A DNA stretch of 64,000 nt from Naegleria gruberi (Eukaryota): assembly GCA_000004985.1 (NCBI GenBank), contig GG738857.1. One strand, 5' to 3'. The notes beneath the pieces were generated by a model, which was given only the letters and a program-made list of their open reading frames with translations, was not told the origin of the DNA and ran no database searches. Below are positions 1 through 9,683 of the stretch, piece by piece (the stretch's first letter is position 1; each line of letters begins with the position of its first letter). The position numbers and the translations under genes are program-made.

Positions 1-998
1 CTGAAGAGTATGCATGTGGAGTCAAACTTCAATTCAACTCTACTTCACCCGTTCCAATTGCCAGAGTATTCTTAATTTTGCATGCCAATGTCAAAATTAT
101 TGACATGCATTTTAATACAAGAAAAGCACTTGGTAAACAACAACTAAGTGATTCTCAAATTAACAAATTGAACAAGTCAAAATCAATGCTTGGAATATTA
201 GATATAGTGAATGAATATGAACCAGTTGATAATTTAATACCAACGGGAGAGTTGACCATTACTTTGGAAGAATTTGGTGGGAAAATATTCGATCTCAAGA
301 TTTCACTTGCACTTTTCCAAAAAAGAATTGAGAATGGAAAGTCAACTTCTGGTTCATGTAGAGTGACTCAAGTGATTTGTGGCAGTACATGTCACATGTT
401 CTTATATTCAGAAGTTACAAAGAAGGATAAGAGAGGAGCTGAAAAGAGATTGAAGGAATATTGTTCAGATGATAATATTTCAGTAGATAATGTTGACAGC
501 TGTCAGACTAGAAGAAAAAAGAAAAAAGTCAATCAAACTCGTTGTAACTCAATTCAAATTAGAAACCAAATTTCATATGTTGAAAGATCAACTCAAATTG
601 AAAGTGAAAACACTTCAATGAGTTCATACTTTGATGAGAAATTTGAAAATATGTTTGCAGATGCTGAAATTTGCAATACTGTTTTTAATTCGAATCAATT
701 TAATCCAACTGTAGTGGAAACTAAACAGTCACCATGCGAAAGTTTCATTCTAGAGTCTGGTGAGGTTACTGATTTGGATATGGAACTTTTGAAGCTTTTG
801 GTTAATAATCTTCCTCCAGTCGAAACTGTGGATTATTCTGATGAGTTTTTATCTGAAAGCGATGTGAATTTAATTAGTCAATCAAGCTTTGATAGTTATC
901 TCAGTTCCAATAACAGTATGGATGATCTTCAAACAAATTGTTATATCTCACTACCTTGGTGTGATAAGTTTTATCTCTTTGATGTATTAGATCAATAA
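1..998 (+). CDS. Hypothetical protein, 5'-truncated by the window edge (codon_start 3). Paralog of the minus-strand CDS at 59110..60177.
   Basis: The reading frame is open from base 3 (EEYACGVKLQFNSTSPVPIARVFLILHANVK...) to the stop at 996-998. The protein is ~90% identical, and the DNA about 97% identical over the first ~240 nt compared, to the 59110..60177 gene on the opposite strand. The ORF-track start at 78 is a TTG. No recognisable domain. Confidence 0.6.
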   Translation, partial: EEYACGVKLQFNSTSPVPIARVFLILHANVKIIDMHFNTRKALGKQQLSDSQINKLNKSKSMLGILDIVNEYEPVDNLIPTGELTITLEEFGGKIFDLKISLALFQKRIENGKSTSGSCRVTQVICGSTCHMFLYSEVTKKDKRGAEKRLKEYCSDDNISVDNVDSCQTRRKKKKVNQTRCNSIQIRNQISYVERSTQIESENTSMSSYFDEKFENMFADAEICNTVFNSNQFNPTVVETKQSPCESFILESGEVTDLDMELLKLLVNNLPPVETVDYSDEFLSESDVNLISQSSFDSYLSSNNSMDDLQTNCYISLPWCDKFYLFDVLDQ

Positions 999-1080
999 AT
1001 TCATTTATTCTTATTTAGTTTAATTTAGTTTTAATTAAATAGAATGGACATGTCTTTGAAAAAGCAAACTCTAGAGCTCA

Positions 1081-4000
1081 TTACTCTTTATTTGAAATAG
1101 CCAATGGCTTCAAATGTTGCAAAATCTCATAAATTGAATAAACTCTCTCAATGTGATTTGCTTTGGAAAGTGAATTTGCAACAACCTTAATAGCAAATGC
1201 TCTATAATGCAATTCTGGATCGGATAATAAATAGAACTTGGCACTACAATATTTTCCTTTAGCATCCCATAATAATTGTTCTTCTTGTTTCTTATTTTCG
1301 TATCCGAATCTCAATTGACCTAAATCGAATTTCTTGGTAGATTCGTTTTCTTTTGTGATGGCAGAGTTGAAAAGAATTATTCCTTCACCAGATGGATCGG
1401 CTCTTACTCCAACAAATGAATTAATTCTATTCACATTATCCGAAACTTCAGCAAAGAAATCTTGGTCTCTCAATTTGGCTGTTTCCTTAAACTTTTGAGG
1501 ATCTTGAATTTCTTTCAATTCTGGATGCATATAAACTACTTCTACTGTTTTAGTTTCACCCAAAGAATCGACTAAACTAAACTTAAACGTACTAGGATAT
1601 GGGAAATAATGAGGAACCAAACTAGTAGCATGATTATTGTATTCTGGATTTTCTCCTTCGCAAATCGTCTTACCATTAACGTTATAATTAACAGTTTCGC
1701 CTGGATTAATATTGAAATTACTCAAATGCACATATTCACCTTGATCTGTGCTTTCTTTGTAAACTACTTCAACTTCTTCAGTGAACTTGTTCTTTACAAA
1801 GGTTTTAATGAGAGCTGGTTGCCAATAAGTAACATCTGCTGCATATGTGAAAGGAATCCATTTCTTATCATGATCTAAATATTCGATTTTCATGGAAACT
1901 ACTGAAATAGTTGTGTTGGTTGGGTTGACAAAACGAAGATTGAGAAGTTCGAATTCTACCTTACCAATGTTGATGTAGATTGGAGTGAAGGAGCTTCTGG
2001 TTTGGATATTGGTAGAGGTTGAGCTGTCAGGAAGAATAATATTGATTTGACTTGTTCCCGCCAAAATTGGGTTGACCAATTTGGATAGATCATTGTCAAG
2101 TTGTTTAACTGGACCCATTCCTTCAGAGATTGGTTTGAATTTTTCAGAGACGTATTTGGAATAGTACTTTTCCAAGGCAACCAAATCTTTGATATTGAGT
2201 TTATCGGTGGCAAAATCATGGTTGACTGGACGAAGTGTTCCAGTAACTGTTGGAGCAGCAATAAATTCACCAAAACCGAATAATTTGAAAGTACCTAATA
2301 ATAATACATCTCTTGTTTCAAATTTCCAATATTTTGCCTTAAATCCAGTTGAACTATCACTCAGTTCAAATCTATTCAAATTTGGATAAACTTTTGACTG
2401 TTCCATATTCTTACCAAATGGAATCCAAGGTTCATTAAGTCTAATCTTGTAATAAACTTGAATGTCTGAAGCGAATTTCTTTTGATTCTTTTCATCATAC
2501 AAGGCATGAGTATAATATTCAATATATTTAAAGAATTGAATTTTGTTGTAACCAATAATTAAAGTTCCATATTCAGAACAAATACCATATTCTGCTGAAT
2601 CATCCAATAGACCTGCGATGGTATTCTCAGCCCTTTGCTCAGTTTCAAGGGAGGATGGTTGCTTATTTCCCAAAACTTCATCCTCATCCAATCCAACATA
2701 AATTTCATCAGGAACTAGACAGTTGACTTGATTTCCCTTGTAAGGTGTCAAGTGGGGAGCTTCTTGTTGCTCTCTTGAGAGAATCACTCCGTTCAAACTA
2801 TTGTATGGAACGAAAGGAGCTACTGCAAAGAATTGAATCATGCCAAATGAGAAATCTCCACAAACTCTTTCGAATTTGAAGAATCGAGCATTGATTCCTT
2901 CTCCATCGAATTTGATAATGTTTAGTTTAGGCCAGTGATAGAAATTACCAGAAAGTGGTCGAACACGAGTCCACAGATCATTTTCATTAACTTTGGAGTA
3001 TAAAACGAGTGACGTTTTGAGCTCGTCCGAAAATTGAATCTTTTCATGTTTCATAAATTCAAAATATTTGAATTGGAAGACAGCTTCAAATTCGAGAATC
3101 AAATAATTGTGAACTGATTGAGCTATGGATGTACCGTATTTACCATTATCATCAAGAATACCCTCAATTGAGTTGTTTGCCTTATTTGAATTTTGGGAGG
3201 TGAGAATCTTGATTGGTGCAACAACATTCACATCAGGACAAGTGCTTTCCGTATAGATTGGATCCACAAGATTAGATGGAGAAAGTTTTGTAACTTGTGG
3301 ATTTTCCTTTCTACTCAATTCAACCTTAATCTCCTTATGCAACTCTGAACCAATCTTGACTTGTTGAGCTGGTGCAAATGCATAAAATCTCATCATACCT
3401 GCAGCTAACGTACCAGTCATTCCTTGATGTGGTTTTTGTACAAAACGAATGTGTTTTGCCTTCAAACCAACCTCACCAAAATCCAACATGAAAACTCCCT
3501 TAACACTTGTAGTAAGGGAATAAACTTTTCTGTAAGTAAGCCAATTATCTCTATTGGTGAGCTTGTATTCGACGAGTGTGTCGATGAGGGAGCAGGTTTG
3601 GTATCTTCCTGTGCCATCCTTTTTTTCGTATTGATCACTTTTTTCGTGGTTTCTGAAAGTCATGACTCTGAAATTGTAAACTCTGTCAAATGCCATTTCA
3701 ATGAATGAGGAAGTTCCGGAGCTTGTGCTGAATCCCTCTTTACCATCTGGTTTCGATAAATCTTCAATTGCTTTAGGGTCTGCTTTTTGACGTGCATTAG
3801 AAGTATTTCTATAAAGGGATACAGGTTTAATCAAGTTGATTTCTTGACATCCTGGATAGGGATCTTCCAAAAACTTTGCATATTCTTCTTTTGATAGAAG
3901 TGGACCAGACTTGGTTTTGACTGCTACGAATGGGGCGTATCCAAAAGGTCTAAACATACCAATTTCAAGGCAACTGTCAGCTGCCACCAATCTCAATCTC

Positions 4001-6117
4001 TTGGCCTTAATTGGTTCAGTAAATGTAATGGTATTCACAAGTGGACCAAGTTGAATAGAATCCTTCTCAATAGTACTAACCAAAGTCCATGGATCTGAAT
4101 CTTTTACCTTGGACTCAATCTTTGTACCTTTCAGATAAAAAACTGGATCATTCGAAAGTGACAAGGTCATGTATTCCACATGAGTAAGCAAGTAAACATG
4201 TTCAAATTCCAACTCAATTTCCTTTTGATGACTAGCAGTGGTGTAACCATAATCTCCAGAATCATCTAACAAACCTTCAACGGTATTTTCACGTCTTGAT
4301 TCTCCCTTAGAAATTAATTCCTTAATTGGAATGAGATTTACCTCTGGACCAGTGAATTTAGGTTCCCATTGGGCGAGTGCTTCTTTTACTGATAGGATAA
4401 CACCTCCTTTAGTTTGAATTGGAACATAGTCACAGTAGCCATATAGACGAATCATACCAAAAAAGAGATTTTCATTATCTTCCTTACAGAATCTCCAATA
4501 TCTTGCCTTAATTGGTGTTGTGAATTCAATAGTGTTGACTTGAGGACGTAATTTAATATCACTTCTCTTGATATGTCCATAAATTGTCCATGAATCACTT
4601 TCTTTCACTCTGTATTCGATTCTGACATTTTGTAAACAATCCAATTGCATGTTGTCTCCCAATTTACTGGACTTGTATTCCAAATAAGTGAACAAATACA
4701 CTGCGCCATATTTGATTTCAATGTAATTATTCGAACCTCTTGCTGTGCATGCTCCCAATTTACCAGAATCGTCGAATAATCCCTGGAGTGAGTTATCACC
4801 CCAAGTGTCCTTTGAGGATTGTTTTAATTCGAGAGGTGGAACACAGTTGATTTCACCTGAAGTGAATTTTGGTTCATCAGAAGATACAACAATTGGTTGA
4901 GAAGTTTGTGGTTGTTGAGCTATTACTGGTTGAGTAGTTTGTGGTTTAGGTTGAGTAGTGGTAACTGGAGTTTGTTGAACTACTGGTTGAGCAACTTGAG
5001 GTTTTGGAGTTGCAACCACTGGTTGTGAAACTACTGGTTGAACAACTGGTTGACTTGTTGTTGGTTGACTAGTTACTATTGGAGTTGCTTGAACAACAAC
5101 TGGAACTGAAGTTGTGCCAGATTGAGCATTATATCTAGAAACAACACCAGAAACAGTCTTGATATCAGTATATGGATGATAACCAAATAATTTCAACATT
5201 CCAATAAATAATTGGACGAATCCATTTCCTAATTTGGAGAATTTGAAAGCTCTTGCTTTAACTGGAGTATCAAAGTGAATATAGTTACTTTCTGGATGTT
5301 TCTTAATATCAGATTTCTTGATTTCTCTCAATGGAATCCATTCTTGACTTTCCAATTGTTTATATTCGATTTGGGTATTTTCCAATAACCCAAACTGATT
5401 ATTTTCTCCCAATCTACAAGCCTTAAATTCTAGTAAAGTAAACAAATAAACTCTATTGAACGTGAGAACAACATTCTGCTTCGATCCATTTTGAGTACAA
5501 ACACCATACTTTCCAGTTTCGTCTAACAATCCTTCAATGGTATTGTTTCCCCAAGTATCCTTGGATGATAATACCAATTTAGTAGGAGCTATAACACTAA
5601 TTTCACCTTCTGTGTATTGAGGTTCATCAAGATTATCAACAACTGCTGACTCTTGCACATTCGAAACTTGAATAATCTCACCAGCTTTAGTCTTGATATT
5701 CACAGGAAGAGCATCACTAGCTCTGACCCACAATCTACCAAACGCAACCTCACCCTTTCCAAATCTATCAAACTTAATAAAACGAGCAGCAACATTAAGA
5801 TTAATCAATTGAATACCATTTCCTTCTTTGAAAGAACAAACTGCCTTCCAAGGATCTGTTTCATTCGAACGAACACTAACATCGACACCTCTCAATCTCT
5901 GCTGATCATCAGGATACTTTTTGTTTGAAACACATTCCAATGTTGTGAATTGATAAATTCTATCAAATTTCAACTCGACATTAGGTTTCATAACATATTG
6001 AGTGGAACAACCATGTTGACCACTCTGATCTAATAATCCTTCGAGAGAGTTATCAGATTTCTTGCATGGATCTTTAACAATCAATGCAGTTGGCAAAACA
6101 ATAAAACCATCACTCAT
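1081..6117 (-). CDS. Giant repeat protein (~1678 aa) built from ~9 tandem ~180-aa modules resembling a galactose-binding-like fold (discoidin/F5-8 type C or APC10/DOC-like). It carries one Pro/Thr/Gln-rich mucin-like linker.
   Basis: A continuous 5 kb minus-strand ORF. The first in-frame ATG is at 6117 (MSDGFIVLPTALI...); the ORF-track start at 6144 is TTG. A recurring module signature runs N..EGLLDxSGxYG..T.......L.F..VYLFT.LEYK...LG.N.....L.N..IEY...ESD.W.......SDI.....N.I.F..PIKARY.RF...............LFGY, repeated about 9 times. The PxKARYxRF....LxGY core resembles the C-terminal strands of discoidin/DOC domains. The domain assignment is from memory, not an HMM search. Confidence 0.7.
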   Translation of the reverse strand: MSDGFIVLPTALIVKDPCKKSDNSLEGLLDQSGQHGCSTQYVMKPNVELKFDRIYQFTTLECVSNKKYPDDQQRLRGVDVSVRSNETDPWKAVCSFKEGNGIQLINLNVAARFIKFDRFGKGEVAFGRLWVRASDALPVNIKTKAGEIIQVSNVQESAVVDNLDEPQYTEGEISVIAPTKLVLSSKDTWGNNTIEGLLDETGKYGVCTQNGSKQNVVLTFNRVYLFTLLEFKACRLGENNQFGLLENTQIEYKQLESQEWIPLREIKKSDIKKHPESNYIHFDTPVKARAFKFSKLGNGFVQLFIGMLKLFGYHPYTDIKTVSGVVSRYNAQSGTTSVPVVVQATPIVTSQPTTSQPVVQPVVSQPVVATPKPQVAQPVVQQTPVTTTQPKPQTTQPVIAQQPQTSQPIVVSSDEPKFTSGEINCVPPLELKQSSKDTWGDNSLQGLFDDSGKLGACTARGSNNYIEIKYGAVYLFTYLEYKSSKLGDNMQLDCLQNVRIEYRVKESDSWTIYGHIKRSDIKLRPQVNTIEFTTPIKARYWRFCKEDNENLFFGMIRLYGYCDYVPIQTKGGVILSVKEALAQWEPKFTGPEVNLIPIKELISKGESRRENTVEGLLDDSGDYGYTTASHQKEIELEFEHVYLLTHVEYMTLSLSNDPVFYLKGTKIESKVKDSDPWTLVSTIEKDSIQLGPLVNTITFTEPIKAKRLRLVAADSCLEIGMFRPFGYAPFVAVKTKSGPLLSKEEYAKFLEDPYPGCQEINLIKPVSLYRNTSNARQKADPKAIEDLSKPDGKEGFSTSSGTSSFIEMAFDRVYNFRVMTFRNHEKSDQYEKKDGTGRYQTCSLIDTLVEYKLTNRDNWLTYRKVYSLTTSVKGVFMLDFGEVGLKAKHIRFVQKPHQGMTGTLAAGMMRFYAFAPAQQVKIGSELHKEIKVELSRKENPQVTKLSPSNLVDPIYTESTCPDVNVVAPIKILTSQNSNKANNSIEGILDDNGKYGTSIAQSVHNYLILEFEAVFQFKYFEFMKHEKIQFSDELKTSLVLYSKVNENDLWTRVRPLSGNFYHWPKLNIIKFDGEGINARFFKFERVCGDFSFGMIQFFAVAPFVPYNSLNGVILSREQQEAPHLTPYKGNQVNCLVPDEIYVGLDEDEVLGNKQPSSLETEQRAENTIAGLLDDSAEYGICSEYGTLIIGYNKIQFFKYIEYYTHALYDEKNQKKFASDIQVYYKIRLNEPWIPFGKNMEQSKVYPNLNRFELSDSSTGFKAKYWKFETRDVLLLGTFKLFGFGEFIAAPTVTGTLRPVNHDFATDKLNIKDLVALEKYYSKYVSEKFKPISEGMGPVKQLDNDLSKLVNPILAGTSQINIILPDSSTSTNIQTRSSFTPIYINIGKVEFELLNLRFVNPTNTTISVVSMKIEYLDHDKKWIPFTYAADVTYWQPALIKTFVKNKFTEEVEVVYKESTDQGEYVHLSNFNINPGETVNYNVNGKTICEGENPEYNNHATSLVPHYFPYPSTFKFSLVDSLGETKTVEVVYMHPELKEIQDPQKFKETAKLRDQDFFAEVSDNVNRINSFVGVRADPSGEGIILFNSAITKENESTKKFDLGQLRFGYENKKQEEQLLWDAKGKYCSAKFYLLSDPELHYRAFAIKVVANSLSKANHIERVYSIYEILQHLKPLAISNKE
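4880..5110 (-). repeat. Low-complexity coding repeat (P/T/Q/V-rich linker, PVVQ/TSQP units) inside the 1081..6117 gene.
   Basis: Nucleotide-level tandem degenerate units (ggttgagtagtttgtgg / actggttgagcaac...) that translate to VVQATPIVTSQPTTSQPVVQPVVSQPVVATPKPQVAQPVVQQTPVTTTQPKPQTTQPVIAQQPQTSQP. Confidence 0.7.
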
Positions 6118-6482
6118 TTTTTTTATGTTGTGGTTGACTAACAATGAATGTGAACAAAGTGTTTTATAGGTTTACTAATATGGAAGGTGGACTGGTTAGT
6201 GGAAAGAACAAGTTGCGAACTGGACAATGTTTGTGAAACATTTTGATGAATCAAGTTGGATGTGATCTATTCGCAATGGGCATGATCGTATATTAGAAAG
6301 TTGTAAAGTTGTGATTTACAGTTCTATCTACAGTTCCTAACAGATCCAAAAGACAACAACATTAGGAACATTTCGGAACCCTGCATTGTTACTGTAAATT
6401 GCATTGTATTCGATAACCATGTGTCATTACTGTAAATTTCGAATAGATTTTAAATTTTTAATTAAAATAAAATTAAAAAAAA

Positions 6483-8006
6483 ATGTGTGAACTTGCATTA
6501 CCAGAAGAGATTTTTCATCATCACATATTTCCATTCATCAATGGTGTTGATCTTCTCGCATCGTGTCGGTTAGTGTGCAGAGAGTGGAATTCAATTATTG
6601 GAGAAATTCCGCTCCGACTGATAACTGTCAATGAAACTTTGAAGGAAAAGCAGAAACAATTCTTTATTAATAATTGTGCAAAGGGAAAATTTAATCAAGT
6701 GGTGCAATTGAAAGGAAATTTTGGAAATATTTATAAAGTTTTGAATAGTTTGAAATCCTTGACATGTTTGGATTTAATTTTTGAAGGAGAGAAGGAGGAT
6801 GATTTCAAGTATTTGGCAAAATTAACCAAGTTGAAGGAATTTTCAATTAATTATTGTGATAGTGGCGATGTAATTTTGAAATATATTCATAATTTGAGTT
6901 TAACTCGGCTAGAATTGAAATCTACCAAATTGCGTCCACAAGAAGTTAAGATTATTGGAAAAATCACAACTTTAAAGAGTTTGAACCTCCACCACAACAA
7001 TATTGAAGATGAAGGTGTTGAATTTATATCCGATTTGAAATTAGAGAGCTTGGGATTGTGTAGATGTGCACTGACAAGCAAGTCAACATCTTTTCTGTGT
7101 AAAATTACTAGTTTGAAAAAACTTGATTTATCAGAAAATATTATTAACGATGAATGTGGCTTTTATTTGTCCATGTTGACAGATTTGGAAGAGTTGGATT
7201 TGCACGATAATTCCATAGAAGGGAAATGCTTTAAAGAATTCTCAAGTTTGAAAAAGTTGAAAACTTTAAAATTATGTCAGAACAGAATTTCACAAGAAGA
7301 GGCCATGATATATTTATCTCAAACAGTATCACTCAAAAGCTTAAATCTTTCCCAAAATAATATTGGCCAATCAAGTATTCATCTTTCCAATCTAACTAAT
7401 CTCAAAGAACTTGAATTGAATTTGTGTAAAATTACAAAAGGAGGTCTTTCCTTTTTTTCCAATTTAAAAAAGTTGGAGATTTTGAAAATAAGTCAAAATA
7501 GTCTTGGATATGACGATTTTGAAGAACTTTCTCATTTGGTTAGATTGAGAATTCTTTCAATCTTTGGATGTGGATTAGAAAAAAATTCCACCAATTTTAT
7601 TGGAAACATCAAAACACTTAGAAACTTGGAAATGTTTAGTAATAACATATACGATGCTGGCCTTGCTTCCCTTTCGGGTTTAGTAAATCTACAAATACTA
7701 AAATTAGATTCCACTAGAATTACCGATACTGGAATACAACATTTATCACAAATGAAAGAATTAGAAATTCTCAGGTTGAATTCAAATTCACTCGGAAATG
7801 AAACTTTAATCAAGCTGGCTCAATTTGAATTTAAAAAACTTACTGAATTGGAGATTTCCCATGCAAATATTGACAAGGACAGTATTTCAGTAATTTCTCA
7901 AATGAAATCATTGAAAATCATAAGAATGTTTGGAACAGGATATTCAAGAAATGATCTCATAGATTTGAAGAAGGCATGTCCACATCTAATAGTTTCAGTT
8001 CGATAA
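6483..8006 (+). CDS. F-box/leucine-rich-repeat protein (F-box followed by RNI-type LRRs), 507 aa.
   Basis: ATG at 6483. The N-terminus LPEEIFHHIFPFINGVDLLASCRLVCREWNSII is a classic F-box (LPxEI...F..L....L..C..VCK.W). It is followed by ~16 repeats of L..L.L..N.I.D.G...L (cysteine-containing/RNI-like LRR). Clean stop at 8004-8006. Confidence 0.8.
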   Translation: MCELALPEEIFHHHIFPFINGVDLLASCRLVCREWNSIIGEIPLRLITVNETLKEKQKQFFINNCAKGKFNQVVQLKGNFGNIYKVLNSLKSLTCLDLIFEGEKEDDFKYLAKLTKLKEFSINYCDSGDVILKYIHNLSLTRLELKSTKLRPQEVKIIGKITTLKSLNLHHNNIEDEGVEFISDLKLESLGLCRCALTSKSTSFLCKITSLKKLDLSENIINDECGFYLSMLTDLEELDLHDNSIEGKCFKEFSSLKKLKTLKLCQNRISQEEAMIYLSQTVSLKSLNLSQNNIGQSSIHLSNLTNLKELELNLCKITKGGLSFFSNLKKLEILKISQNSLGYDDFEELSHLVRLRILSIFGCGLEKNSTNFIGNIKTLRNLEMFSNNIYDAGLASLSGLVNLQILKLDSTRITDTGIQHLSQMKELEILRLNSNSLGNETLIKLAQFEFKKLTELEISHANIDKDSISVISQMKSLKIIRMFGTGYSRNDLIDLKKACPHLIVSVR

Positions 8007-8128
8007 ATTTTATCAAAAGATAAATTGGATTTGACTTCCAGGAATATTAATTGTAAAGAGTCATTACAATTTTAAATACTATTTAAAAATCAAATTACAA
8101 AAATATTTAAATTTTAATTGAAAAAAAA

Positions 8129-9330
8129 ATGTCCACAAGTGATATTCAACCTCTCCGTTTTGGCTTCTTCTCCACCTCAAGAATTGGCATCAAAGTCGCC
8201 AAAGCAATTGCTCAATCTCCTTTTGCTTCGTTGTACGCTGTTGCCTCTCGGGATTTGTCCAAAGCTGAAAAATACGCTCAAGAACAAGGCTTTGAGAAGA
8301 GTTTCGGATCCTATGATGAATTGTTGCAATGTGCTGAAGTGCAAGCTGTCTATGTGCCTGTGCCTACAGCAATGAAGGAAGAATTGGTGATCAAGGCAGC
8401 AAAGGCAGGAAAACACGTCTTGTAAGTATTATACTTTAGATGATCAATTTTAATATTTTAATTATTTTAATTATTTTAATTATATTAATTATATTAATTA
8501 TAATCAAATAATGCAATTATTATAATGATGATGAACGATTGGAATATCGGAATAGATGTGATAAGCCATTTCAATCTGCTGAATCTGTTAAAAAGATGAA
8601 GCAAGCTTGTGAGGAAAATGGAGTCTTCTTCATGGACAATACAATGTGGGTTCACAATAAGAGAACTCATCATTTGAAGAATTTATTTAACACTGATGAT
8701 AGATTTAAAAAGCTCGTCAGAGTTAATTCTTCATTTGCTAATTATTTCATGGATGATTTGCATGACATTAGAATGAATACTGATTTGGAAAAGACTGGGT
8801 GTCTTGGGGACTTGGGTTGGTACTCTATTAGAAATATTTTGTGGGCTTTTAATTATGAATTACCACAAAAAGTTGTTGGATATTCAAAGAAATTCGAATC
8901 TGATCAAGAAAATTTGAGAGCAATTATTAACTTTGATGGTCTTTTATTCTTCAGTGGTGGCAGAGTTGCTACATTGAATTGTAGTTTTGAGGAAGCACAA
9001 AGACAAACCTCTGAAATTGTCTTTCCACGTCACAGAATTATGATTGATGATTTTGTTTTAACTTGGGACAATGAAGATATTTACTTCCCAAGAGAAACTT
9101 ACGATAAGAAAGGTAAATTCAGAATTCATGCTGAACATGGCAGATTTGAAACTATTACTTGTGAAGAATCAACTCAACATGTGGAATTATTTGAAAGTTT
9201 CTATAAGGGAGCTAAGAATCCAACAGAAAACAAACATTGGGGAGACGAATCTGAAAAGACAATGATTGTATTGGATGCATTATTAGAATCCTCTGAGAAG
9301 GATGGTACTCCTATCGTCATCCAACAATAA
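8129..9330 (+). CDS. Gfo/Idh/MocA-family NAD(P)-dependent oxidoreductase. Two exons, join(8129..8421,8556..9330), 355 aa.
   Basis: ATG at 8129. Exon 1 encodes the Rossmann N-terminus (RFGFFSTSRIGIKVAKAIAQSPFASLYAVASRDLSKAEKYAQEQGF...ELLQCAEVQAVYVPVPTAMKEELVIKAAKAGKHV). A GTAAGT donor at 8422 opens a 134-nt AT-rich intron with embedded (attattttaatt)n repeats. An ...aatag acceptor at 8554-8555 restores HVL-CDKPFQSAE, the conserved GKHVLCEKP motif of this family. The junction is phase 2, tt+a=Leu. The ORFs 8118..8375(+) and 8177..8416(-) are frame overlaps of exon 1. Confidence 0.6.
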
Positions 9331-9683
9331 AATGGATACAACAGTGAAAGTTGTATAGCATTTGATACAATCAATCTCCTCTTTATGCGGCAGATTTCCT
9401 CATTCCCTTAGAGATAGTACCGATGCAAGAGATTCGAATAGAAAACAGTAAGTCAAACATCCAAAATATCAATTTTAGAAACGTAAAATTTATTTGATGT
9501 CAATTGAAATCATTTGGAATATTGGAAAATTCGAGAAGAATATCATCCTACTTGGTTTGTTCTCAAAATAGATTAAATCCAAACTTTCATTTTTTCCAAA
9601 TTTGTAATTTGCTTATCACGCTTTAATATTCACTTTAAAAGTACTTTGGCAGTACTCCAAATCATTGAAAAAAACGACACAAA

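Noticed and set aside
1609-5928. Several 60-105-aa ORFs on both strands inside 1081..6117 (e.g. 1609..1878, 1956..2273, 3424..3708, 5653..5928).
   Set aside because: Embedded within a continuous 5-kb coding ORF with clear modular protein repeats, so they are frame or antisense shadows.
8118-8416. ORFs 8118..8375(+) and 8177..8416(-) overlapping oxidoreductase exon 1.
   Set aside because: Alternative-frame and antisense shadows of the Gfo/Idh/MocA exon, whose frame carries the Rossmann motif.
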